From Geosiphon pyriformis uo1 (Eukaryota > Fungi > Glomeromycota), in NCBI GenBank assembly GCA_016748015.1, contig JAAOMT010000494.1, positions 736,190 to 800,189 of the forward strand: a stretch of 64,000 bases of DNA, in the 5' to 3' direction. How positions within the stretch are numbered: the first letter of the stretch is position 1; each line of letters opens with the position of its first letter. The notes under the pieces were generated by a model. It was not told where the DNA came from and ran no database searches. It worked only from the letters and a program-made list of their open reading frames with translations. The position numbers and the translations under genes were made by a program. Below are positions 40,912 through 52,910 of the stretch, piece after piece.

Positions 40912-42294
40912 ATGAACATACAAAAATATTAATAACTTCAACATTATATAAATACTCAACAGTTTAAGAAGAATTTATTTCAAACAGAATGAAAGAGTAT
41001 CAAACAACAATCAAAATATTTTATTACTTACCAAAATATACTTTATCGGAAAAATAGAAAAGATCCAAATCAACCAACTAGAGTAATTACAGAACCAGAA
41101 AAAGAGATAATATTATTTAACATGTACTCAAATCCAACAGCAGGACATTTTCACAAAGAAGCAACCATGAAAAGAACCAAAAAAAGATACTATTGGCCAT
41201 CAATGTATTCAGACATCATCCAATATGTTCAAAATTGTGATGCTTGTCAGTGAAGAGGAGATATGAAACCCAGTGAACCATTAAGACCAATCAAAGTAGG
41301 ACAACCATTTGACCATGTTGGAATTGATCTAGTTGGACCATTAACAATTACCAGCGGAGGAAACAAGTACATAGTAGTAGCCATGGACTATCTCACTAAA
41401 TGGCCAGAAGCAAAAGCAATTCAAAGAGCAGATGCAGAATCTGTTGCCAAATTTGTTTATCAGGATTTGATCTGTCAACATAGATGTCCAAAAGAATTAT
41501 TATCAGATCAAGGAACTTATTTTGTGAACAAAACATTAACAGAATTGAGCCAAAGATTCGGAATTAAGAGACCACTATCATCACCATACCATCCACAAAC
41601 CAATGGATTAGTCAAAAAATTCAACAGAACATTATGTGAAGCAATAGCTAAACTCAGCCAAGAAAACCAAAACGATTGGGATTTGTTGATACTATCAGTA
41701 CTATTTGCTTATTGGACAATGAAGCAAAATACTACACAAGCAATACTATTTGAATTAGTATATGGTAGAACAGCAACACTACCAATGAAAAGAGAAGTCA
41801 GCACATATCCAATCGAACCAATAACAGAAGAAAATTTCAAAAATACATTGTTGAAAAGAACATATGACCTAATAGAAACATTAGAAAACAAACGACAAAG
41901 AGCAGCTGATAACATACAAAAGTCACAAGAGAAAAAAAAAGAAAGACATGATAACCAACTACCAGATAAACCAGTTGAATTTAGGATTGGAGACAAAGTA
42001 CTACTACATCATACCAAAGCGGAAAAACAATGGAGTGGAAAATTTGACCCCAAATAGAATAAACTATTTCACATAAAAGAAATTCTAGAAAATAGAGCTT
42101 ACAAATTAAGATTGAATAACAAAATCTTGACCAAAGCAGCACATAGAGATCGACTGAAACCATACTACCATATAGCATCATTATCTACTAGTAATATTCC
42201 ACAATTAGGAGTACAGAGAATACTAGTCCAACCAGATGAGATTCTACGAGAGCTAAAACCAATCATTATTATTGATAACAACACGTCCAATTGA
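40912..42294 (+). pseudogene. Integrase ORF of B2
   Basis: GIDLVGP, LLSDQG, SPYHPQTNG, KFDPK and an SH3-like tail. No chromodomain seen. Confidence 0.92.
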
Positions 42295-42347
42295 TCGACA
42301 AAAGAATATATAAGAATATGATCAACATGACAGGAAATATCAGAAAA

Positions 42348-42977
42348 ATGGAAATTACAGACAACATTCACTCACTAGCACAACAACTCTTTCAATTGAT
42401 TTAACACTAGGAAATGGAGATTACAATCAATTAACAAACCATTTGATATCAAAATACTAGAAAGACATTGCAACCCAGAACACAAAAGAAAACTGAAAAT
42501 ATGGTGAACAAAATCATTGCGAAAGTAAAATTAGCAATAAAAGAGTCAACAAAAGAGTTATTATATCAAGAATTGACTAAAGAAACTTGGAATTAGTGGA
42601 TACAACAATTTCCATAAAACTATTGTTATTTTTATTTGGGACAACACATAAATATCCAGAATCTATATACAGATAAAACAAAGCGATTATTTAACAAAAG
42701 AATACTACAACAATTAGAATATTTTGTGGGAAAAAACAACTTATCCACACAGGCCTGAGCCATATACTGAATACACACAGCATTTTAGGATAGACCAGAA
42801 ATATTACTCAACAAAGCAATGGATATGGTTACCAGTAATCAATTGGGAAAGATCACCAATGCTCAATTTGAAGAATTACAGACCCAAATAACACAAGTAA
42901 TTCTCGAAAACAAAATCCAGGAAATACTTCAAGAGAGAGAATTAAATGAGTTGGATTTCGATGGAGCTCAATATTAA
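42348..42977 (+). pseudogene. ORF3 of B2 (209 codons)
   Basis: MEITDNIHSLAQQLF...DFDGAQY*. The frame is preserved and the stops are of the C-to-T type. Confidence 0.72.
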
Positions 42978-42990
42978 AAGAAGAGGATAA

Positions 42991-43846
42991 TATTACTCAT
43001 AGAATATAGGAAATATAGTATTATTAGTCAGTAGATATTAGCCAATCAGAGGTAGACGTAGTAAATGTGGAATTCCAGAATTCCTCTCAGAGGAATTGCA
43101 GGATTCTAGGAATTTCAGGATTTCTCTCATCAGGAATTGCAGGATTCCAGGAATCCCAGGATTCCTGTCACAAAAAATTGAGGAATTGAGGAATCTCAAT
43201 TATGTATATATAGCAGTAGAATTAGAAGCTGAAAAGACAGACCTCTCAGTTTAGATTTAATCTAAGCAACATTCCAGTTCCCAATCATCAAATAAATAAT
43301 TATTCCATATCTCAACCCACTCTCTACTATCAACACTTCATGTTGATAGTAATTGATACTTAATCATGCTGAAACAATAGCTCTTGATCATGACTATTGA
43401 CGAGATACTAACGTACCAAATTGCCTTAGCTTATTTTTTCTATTTTCTTTATTTTTATTTTCTTTATTTTATTTTATTTTCTTTTTTTTTTTGATTTTGT
43501 TATTGTATACTAATTGATTAAAAGATTAAGCACTGAGTTATTGATGTTAAGAATAGCCTGGTAAAAGACCCAGAAATAAGGGTAGGATTTTATATATTAT
43601 CGGATAGCTTACCAGAAGGGCATGACTGCTAGACTAAATCCAGCCACCACACTAAAAAAGAAATTGGGAAAACTCTTGGAAAGATACAGCTACTATCAAC
43701 ACTATTGAATTTCTGTCCATTATACAAAGGACTCCATCAAAACCTTCAGATACAACAATTGCAGAACCTCATTCATGGAAATAGCTTTTAAGCACCAAGT
43801 TATGGGTTGTTATTTAATTCAACAGCAGAAATAATCACTTGTAACA
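42991..43846 (+). repeat. 3' LTR of B2
   Basis: Follows the PPT, ends TGTAACA and is followed by the TSD. Confidence 0.95.
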
Positions 43847-43886
43847 ATGTGATAATTAATAAAAAGTGTAAGTTTTAACCATAACA

Positions 43887-44371
43887 GTATGTAAAAATTA
43901 AAGAAAAAAAAGAAATAAAATAACAACTTTCATTTCAATTATTCTCTTATTGCTAATTTCTCTTTTTCTACTTTTAAGTATCTGAACATCTTGAGATAAA
44001 AAATTACTTTGGTTATTTTTTATCCTTTTCCTAAAACATGTAGTTGTAACATTTGAAGATTATTGAATAAAACATGACTGAAGAGTATATCTGATACCTG
44101 ATATTGAATTTTAAGAGTGCTAACATGAGGCATAGAATTATATCAGTGTGTGATTATTTGTTAACAGTACAAACTATCTTTCTACCTTTAGATTCTCTGG
44201 TTATTTTTTAAAAAGTATAGCAATTGAAATATTTTATAAGACTGATTTTGTACATTAAATTCATATTTATTCAATTTGCTCTTTGAAGTTGAATTCTCTT
44301 TGATTTTTTTTATCACCCTACAATTTTGTTCTCTCTTGCTATCTATTAGCTTATTACTCCAATCTGTAACA
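43887..44371 (+). repeat. Right part of a family A LTR (A5; 3' or solo LTR) cut by A4
   Basis: Starts mid-LTR at gtatgtaa, ends TGTAACA, and no PBS follows. Confidence 0.85.
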
Positions 44372-44727
44372 CTACATTTACATGTTTTCAAGAAAAAATA
44401 GGTAAATGCCAACAAGTAATTTTTTATTCCAAGATGTTCAAATACTTAAAAATAAGGAAAGGGAGATTAGTGAAAAAAGAAGGATTGAAATGAAGTTGTT
44501 ATTTTATTTCTTTTTTTTCTTTGATTCTTACATGCTTTTCTACAGCTAAAAAATTTATCACTTATATAGCTATCAAAAGTAGTCAATAATCAGATCAACG
44601 ACTAAGTTAATGATTAGGTTAATAATTAGGTCAATGATTACTATCTAAAAATAGAGTGGCTAATTATATGACATCAGTAGCTAATACATGTAATAATTAA
44701 TAAGAAGTATAGATTTCAACCATAACA
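44372..44727 (-). repeat. U3 part of a family A LTR (A6) cut by A5
   Basis: Matches about 1831-2248 and ends ccataaca. Confidence 0.85.
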
Positions 44728-46524
44728 ATAAATTGTTATGTGATAATGTTGTTTGCTAATTTACTATTAAGAATTAGCTTAATAACTTGGCCATTGACAT
44801 TGGCATTTGTATACATGGTTGTAATAAATTTGGTGTTAAAAGCAGCTTTACTAAATAATAAAGTTTCTGATTGTTTTTTTCAACTCAAATAAAAAGATAG
44901 TGATTAATAAGTTGTTTTTTGTAATGATTGCTGGTGGAATGTTATTGGTGAGTAATTGGGATTTGGTTTTTAGGTTGTTAGATAAGTTGTTTTTTGTTGC
45001 AGCCAAGAGGCTTAAATAATTCTGAAAATTTGGGTTTTAAGTATACTTACTTTCTGAATTTTTTGAGCATAATCCTAATATCTGGTTTAATAAACTAGAA
45101 ATTGGTTGGTGCATTGCTATTATTAATCTCCAATTTTGCTAAGTGTGAGTGATTTTCAGTCTTGAATTTTCAATTAATGTTGGCATAGTAATTTGTGGTA
45201 GAATTTGAATTTGTTGAAATTAATAAATTACTTGTGACTGTAGTTAATAGATTATTGGTGCTAAAATCTAATATATTGAAAGTAAATATATTGGTTGTTG
45301 TATTATTAGAGTGTAATACAGCTAATATTAGTATAATCTTAATAACAAATTATTGGTAAAATTCTGGGTTTTAAACCTGCAATTAGGGTTTCAATATTGA
45401 TTTTCCAATTATTAGTTATTAAATCTGAAGTGGCAATTTGCTTTTAAATAATCTTGTTTACTATAATGGTAACAATTATGTATTTTTTGTTACTATGGTT
45501 AATTTGATAATAACAATAATATTAAAACTAACTAATTTTGAAAGTAATTAAAATTTCCTGAATTGTTATAATATTGTGAAGACTGATAAATTGCTTGATT
45601 ATTAGTTAAGTATTTCTTTATTTTCTAATTAATAACTTTACCAAATTGAAACAATTTGGTGTTTAATTCAGATAATTTATTTATTATTAGGTTGATGATT
45701 TGAACATAATTGGCTTTAAGTTTAGCTAATTCGAAATCTTGAGTGTGTATAACTGTGTTTTAGAAAGTATTTGAATGTATTAAACATACTTATTGTAATA
45801 AATTATTGCATAATCTACAAATAAACTGGTTCAAAATCTGTGTCACTATAAAATAGTCAGCTTTAATTGCCTGAATTTGGCACAAATTTTTGTAAAAGCA
45901 TTCTAAGTAAGTGGTAACTGCTTTAGTATTACTTTATTTAATTATAATAAAACTAGTTAACAAGTAATTTAAACTATTATTATTATTGAAATACCATAAA
46001 AACACAGTTTTAAATACATCAAAATCTTAAGATTTGTTTACAAAATTCTAATACCATAAGTTAGCAATGTTTTATAAAAAGTAGAAAATTGCTTGAATTG
46101 CTTTGACATTGTTCTATCTATTGGCTGTAATAGTTTTTTCCATATTATTTAGTTATATTTGGATATTGTCTTCTTTACTAGTAAATTTTTCTAGTTTGGC
46201 AATAGATACATATATTATTGGTACAAGTTGTTGTTTTTGTAGTTGTTGTTAAGATTGTGATTATAGTGTAATAATTGGCACAACTGGTGAATTGATCATA
46301 ATAACTGAAAATAAGTTTTGCTAAAAAATAAAAGCAGAATTTAGATTGTTTAGATTTTATAGAGTTTAAACAATTAAAATTATAATTTCCAGATTAATTG
46401 GAATTGGGTTTTGATTATTATTTCTTTGATCTTTGTTTTCTTTTTTTTCTAATTTAGTATTTTTCCAATGATTAATAGATTCAAAATTTGGTTAAGGTAG
46501 TAGTAATCAAAGTCTTGATGTTAT
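44728..46524 (-). pseudogene. Heavily eroded B/C-type gag-to-protease remnant (B3), the oldest layer of the nest
   Basis: The reverse complement aligns by eye to B1 at about 12470-14300. Very AT-rich, with no ORF in the track. Confidence 0.8.
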
Positions 46525-47249
46525 TGTTATGATTAAAACTTATACTTTTTATTAATTATCACATGTATTAGCCACTAATATCACATAAATTAGCCACTCT
46601 ATTTTTAGAAAGTGATTATTGATCTGATCAATGACCTGACCATTAACCTGATTATTGACCTGATCATTGACTTAATCATTGATTTAATCATTAATCTAGT
46701 CATTAATCTGATCATTAACTACTTTTAACAGCTATATAAGTAATAAATCTCTTAACTGTAGAAAAGTATGTAAAAATCAAGGAAATCAAATAAATAAAAT
46801 AACAACTTTTATCTCAATCTTTCTCTTATTGCTAATTTCTTTTTCTCTACTTTTAAGTATTTGAACATCTTGGGATAAAAGATTACTTGTTGGTTATTTT
46901 CTACCCTTTTCCTGAAATGTGTAATTACAGCATTTGAAGATTATTAAATAAAATGTGACTGAAAAGTACATCTAATACCTGATATTGAATTCTAAGAGTG
47001 TTAACATGAGGCATAGAATTATACCAGGTGTGATTATTTGTTGACAGTATGGACTATTCCTCTACCTTCAAATTCCGGTTATTTTTAGAAAAGTACAGTG
47101 ACTGAGATATTTTATGAGACTGATCTTATATATTAAATCCTTACTTATTTAATTCACTCTTTGAAGTTAAATTCCCTTTAATTTTTTTTACCACCCTATA
47201 ATCCTGTTCTCTCTTGCTATCTGTTAGCTTGTTACTCCAACCTGTAACA
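46525..47249 (+). repeat. 5' LTR of A3
   Basis: Homologous to the A1/A2 LTRs and followed by a PBS. Confidence 0.92.
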
Positions 47250-50200
47250 TAAAAGTGGTGCTCTCTGTAAAATTGTCAAAATCCACTTTGTTTTCTATTG
47301 TATGAGTGATTATTCATATCTGTTACAACAATCAGAAAAACACTTTGAAGCACATAACAAAAACAATCTAGACTTTATTGAACTCAATCTTTTGCTCTCC
47401 TGCTTGATTTGCTTCTTCATTGAAAAACAATTTAGCAAACAATTCCAAGACTTTTGGAACTGATTTCTGAATGAGCATTCAGCTAAAACCTACACAGTTT
47501 ATACAACTTATTACTTTGACCAAGCTTATTTTGAAGACAACTTTGAAAAAAAAAATAACAGTATCAATTAGCTCTTATATTCTACAATCTTTAAACAACA
47601 GCCCCCTGATTTCGAATATCTGAATCATCAAATTCACATTTGAATTGCCACTCATTAATCAACTAAAACTCCTCTTAAAACAGAAAAAGAAAGCTATCAA
47701 ACTGCTCTCATTTTTGATCTCTTTTCAAGTGAATCAGAACACTCTACACAAACAGTTACACCTAAACCAATGGCTTAAAACCTTCTGCAACAAAACATTC
47801 TAATCGCCCTTCAAGGTATACAGATTGCTTTAGGGTAAAGAAACAACACCCCATTATTATTATTCAGAGATAATGCCTAAGATCTAATCAAATGGCTGGA
47901 TGATTTTGAAAGAGCTGTCACAGCAAACTAATATGATAATAAATACAAGTTCTAAATTGTTGGTGGCTATCTCCAAAACTCTCCTGCTACTTGGTTTTCA
48001 CAAAAAACCAATGCCAATGCTCAGCAAAAAATTATTAGATAGACATCAGCAAATACTAGAGAAGATAACATCTCTTTTACTACCCAGTTTGAAACAAAAT
48101 TTAGAACTCTGATCTTGATATCCAAATAGTGCATGGAGTTAGAAAAAATAACTCAAGACCCAGGAGAAATAGTAACTGAATATGCTAAAGTCATTAAAAA
48201 ACTAATTAAGTATGTAGACTCTTATAGAAATTGAACAGAAGAGCAAAAGATTCATTCTTTCACAAAAAGATTGAGAACTGACTTCTCATATGCTCTTTGG
48301 CCCCTCCTGGCCCTGAAAAATAATCTCACAATAGATATGACCATTGAACTTACCCAGAGAATAGAAGACAACCAAAAAATGCACTTAAAATCTACTCTTT
48401 CAGTTTTTGCTTCTGCTTCTGCTATGGTTCCAGCCCCACAAATGACTGCTACCTCTTTTGTCACTCATCCTCAAGACCCCAATAAACAATTAATAGACAA
48501 ACTTACTGCTAACCTTGCTCAGCTATTAAAACCATTAGCCCAAGCAGTCAGAGACAACCAGCAACCCCAAAGACTCAGATTTGAACCCTGCTTCAATCAA
48601 CCCCAACAACTACCATATAAAAGACAACAAAATCGTGGCCCACCTGTGTGCTATTGCTGTGGACTAACTGAACACTTTTCCAGAGACTGTAACAATCTTC
48701 TATTGCTCCCTCCAGCTTTCAGAAATAATGACATCCAAAATAACAGACCCAACAATAATAATGTTTTCAATTAAAGACCCAATCATGCCAACATCAATTT
48801 CTTTGGAGAGAATCTCTTAGTTGAAGCTACTGTTTATTAGTCTTTAAACTGGTAAGTGCATCTTCAAAAGGTGAGAGTGCAAGCCAATCAGAAAAAAACC
48901 TCTTTTATGCTTTTAACCTAACTGATGATGATTATAACATGAATAAATTAGCAATCAACACTTTTAAATCAACAAGAAAGAAGATAAAAGCCAAGGTTAA
49001 TTTCGTTCTAGATTCAAAGAAAGCCTCTACATCAACTGTTGATAACAATGAGCTGCTAAAGACTAAAGTTTTTAAAAATCCTCCAAAGTTGGAACTCCCA
49101 GAAATTGTACAAAAATCTGGACATTATTCTGTTGTTAAAAATCTCATGGAAACCCCAGTTCACATTACATTTGGTCAATTAATGATTCATCTACAGTTAA
49201 GAAAAAATCTTTACAAATTATTAATATCAATAAAGAAGACACCAAAAACCAACAAGCACCTTCATCAAGCTGGACTTGCTGACAACAACAATATCACTTC
49301 TCTGATTTGTAAAGCCCAAGTGGCTGGCTACTTTATTGATTTGATTCTAGACAGTAGATCATCTATTAGTGTAATTGCCAAACACTTTTTGGAAGCCATT
49401 GGAAGAAAAATTGATGAACTTTTTATCCAGCCAATGACCAATGTACATGGTAACAAAAAGAAAGCCCTAAATATAGCCAAAGCTATTCCTGTCTGCATCA
49501 ATGATATCAGCATTAAAACTGACATGGAAGTATCTAAAGCAAAAGAGTACATCATAATTGTTGACAATAAGTGGCTTAAAAAAGCTAAAGCACTACTTGA
49601 CTATGAGCTTTGTGAGCTAATCATCAGATGTGGTAAAAAGCCTATTGTAATTAAGTGCCAACATTGGACAACTTTTCCAGTACTCAAACAGAACCAAGAA
49701 GAAGAACAATCAGATGAATCAAATGATAATAAGAGTGATAATGAAGATCAAGAAGAACAAGAAGAAACTGCTAAACTTGTCTATACTATCTTTCACCAGC
49801 AATGGCAAGCTACTGAACAATATTAAAGCTGACAAAAAAAGAATCATAGTAAATGGCAAGCTGATCTGCTGGCCCTACTATGATATCTTCAGAAGAATTT
49901 TTGACAGAAAACCTAGCAAAAAACCAAATACAATTATTGGTGGCATGGTTCTTGTGCACAATGCTGGTGTAATAAACCTTTGTATTTACCAAGTAATAAA
50001 TGCAAATCCTGCCTAATCTATTACAAAGATTGGGAACCAATTAGCTTAATACCTTGAAAAAAACTTAAAGAAGTACAAAAGTTCTTTGAGAATAAACCAT
50101 CTGAAATCTAATTACTAATTGTAGAATGAAGAGAACCTTCCTCTAAAAAAAGAAAATTAGACATTAAAAATCTGTTGGCTAGAAATAGCCCAGTTATTTC

Positions 50201-52073
50201 AAAAGAAGATAACACCTCTGGACACACTTATATGATACAACATATCATTATCACTAAGAAAACTCATCTCATTTATTTAAAGCCTTATCAATCTAATTGA
50301 TACAATGATGAATTTATCAAGAAAAAGATAAACCAGATAAAAGATCTTGGATTCATATAAAAAACCAAGAGTGAATAGACTTTTCCAGTTGTAGTAATAT
50401 TCAAGAAAGATAGAATCCTATGCTTCTGTGTTGACTACTGCCAACTAAATGTCATCACTATAAAAAATATGTACACACTTCCCAAAATTGATGCAATGCT
50501 AGATAAATTCAATGATGCTGCTTTCTTTTCAACCATTAACTTAACTGCTGAATTCTGGCAAGTAGAGATGGATCCAGAAAGCAAAAAAAAAACTGCTTTT
50601 ATCACCAAGTATGGCACCTATGAATTCACAGTTATGTTTTTTGGTCTTACCAATGCTCCTTCCACTTTTCAATGCCTAATGAATAAAGTGTTTAAATTAG
50701 TAAAAGAAAACTTTGTTCTGGTTTACTTAGACAACATAATAGTATATTCAAAAACCTAGGATAAATACTTTGAACATTTACAGAAGGTTTTTGACCTGCT
50801 CTAAAATGCTGGCCTTAAGATCAACCCAATTAAATCTTTTTTTGGATGCCAATCCACCCAGTTTTTTGGTCATTTTATTACAAAAAATGAAATCTTCTCT
50901 GATTCAGCTAAAATTGAAAAAGTTCAAAACATTAGACAACCAATAAATGTTCCTAAACTATGCTTTTTCCATGGTTTGGCCTCTTATTATCACAAATTTA
51001 TCAAAGATTTTTCCAAAATTGTCTTTCCTTTCAATCAGCTACTCAGAAAAAATATCAATTATTACTGGAGTATTTATCAACAAAAAGCTTTTAAAATTCT
51101 GAAAGAAAAACTTGTTACTGAACCAATTTTTAAGCAACCTAATCTGAACCAACCTTTTATCTTCTATACTGATACATTTGGTTATAGACTTAGTGCTGTT
51201 TTTTCACAGAAAAATGAAAATAGCAGAAAACATGCCATAGTATATACCAGTAGATCCCTCACATCAGCAGAAAAGAACTATTCAATTACTAAACAGGAAT
51301 ACTTACTAGTAGTTTGGACTACTAATTACTGGAATCAATATTTTCTAGGCACAAAATTCTTAGTGGTAACAGATCATTAAGTCTTGGTTTGACTGTGCAA
51401 TAAAAAGAAGCTGGAACACAAAAAAATAACTTACTGGATACTCTACTTAGATAAATTCAACTATAACATTCAACATTATAAAAGAGCAAATCATTAAAAT
51501 GTAGATGTTTTTTCTAAACTTACCATCCAGTAACAGTACAACCTTTCAAACCAAACCAACTTAATTATTAGTAACTCTTTCACAAACAAACACAATAATA
51601 AACTTGGACAACTATTCTGCCTTAATAGAATTTTTGGGTAAAGAACAATACTCACCAGAATACACTTGACAGCAAAGAAAACATTTGCATAAACAATTAA
51701 ATTTCTATTTGATCTGCCAAAACCAGTTATATAAAAAAAACAGAAAAGATCCTAACTGTCCCCAAAAAGTCATCAAATTTGAAGAAAGAGAAATAGTAAT
51801 ATACAATATGTACACTGATCCATTAGTTAGACACTTTGGAAAAACAAAGACAATTCAAAAAACTTTAGCTTATTATTATTAGCCTATCTTGGAAAAAGAC
51901 ATTACTGAATACATCAAAACCTGTAACATCTGTCAAAGAAGAGGCAAACCCAATTGCAAAGAAGATATCCATCCAATCTCTGTTGGTCAATCATTTAACA
52001 GAATTGGTATAGATGTTGTTAGACTTTTAACAATAACTTCTGATGGTAACAAATATATTATTACAACTACCAA
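46525..52073 (+). mobile_element. Family A copy A3 (5' LTR to mid-integrase, cut by C2)
   Basis: LTR 46525-47249, PBS about 47256-47270, gag about 47302-48855, pol to 51533, integrase from 51598. Confidence 0.92.
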
Positions 52074-52910
52074 TGTTATTTATAAATAAAAAAAAACAGA
52101 TATAGAAAATAGCAGACCAATAAGAGAATAGTATTTAGCACATGAGCACATTGCTTAGCAATGTGAAGCAATGTCAGAAAACACAGCATATTACTTAGCA
52201 ATATGGAGCGATATTAAAAAATTAGAGCACATCACTTAGCAATATAAGCATTGCTCAAAAAATCATAGCACATTGCTCGAGAATGTGAGCAATCTTATAG
52301 AACATCAATCATATATATATAGCAGTAACAGTAGAAGTAGAAAAAAAAAAAGAAAAAAAAAACAATTAGTTAGAAATCTTCCATTCACAAATAATAAATA
52401 AATAAATTATTTACTATCCAAATCCACTCTCCACTATTAACACTTCATATTGATAGTTATTGATACATAACTATACTGGACCAATAGTTTTTGATCATGG
52501 CTATTGATGGAATACTAACATGTTCATTGCCTTGGCTTATTTTTATGTTATTTCTTTTATTTTCTTGTCTTAATTGTTGTTATTACTAACTTTATTGAGG
52601 ATTAACATACAGAGTACTAACATTAGAATATAGCACTGGTAAAAAACCCAGAAATAAGGGTAGAACACTCAATTAAGGTTAGCTTACCAGGAAAAACACT
52701 GGCCATCATGCTAAGAAAAAAATTGATAAAACTGCGGTTTTGGGAAGCTACAAATAAAACTATTACTACTGAATCTCTGTTCATTATACAAAAAACTCAA
52801 CCAAAACCTTCAGATAAATCCATCTTCAGATTTCTATCATTGACAACAGCCTTAAGCACCAAGTTACAGGTTTGTTATTTACTCCAACAACCAAGTAATC
52901 ACCTGTAACA
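52074..52910 (+). repeat. 5' LTR of C2
   Basis: C-type U3 repeats with TGTTA..TAACA ends. Confidence 0.9.

Larger units (their letters stand above)
33622..43846 (+). mobile_element. Complete family B Ty3/Gypsy element B2 with ATGT TSD
   Basis: LTRs 33622-34437 and 42991-43846. TSD at 33618-33621 and 43847-43850. PBS 34440-34456, PPT about 42976-42990. Confidence 0.96.
32142..43886 (-). mobile_element. Family A copy A4, 5' portion (gag start, PBS, 5' LTR split by B2)
   Basis: Gag remnant 32142-32916. LTR consists of 32956-33621 plus 43851-43886, which join across the ATGT TSD. Confidence 0.88.

Noticed and set aside
42348-42977. ORF3 as an envelope gene
   Set aside because: It is short, with no visible signal peptide, furin site or transmembrane helix.
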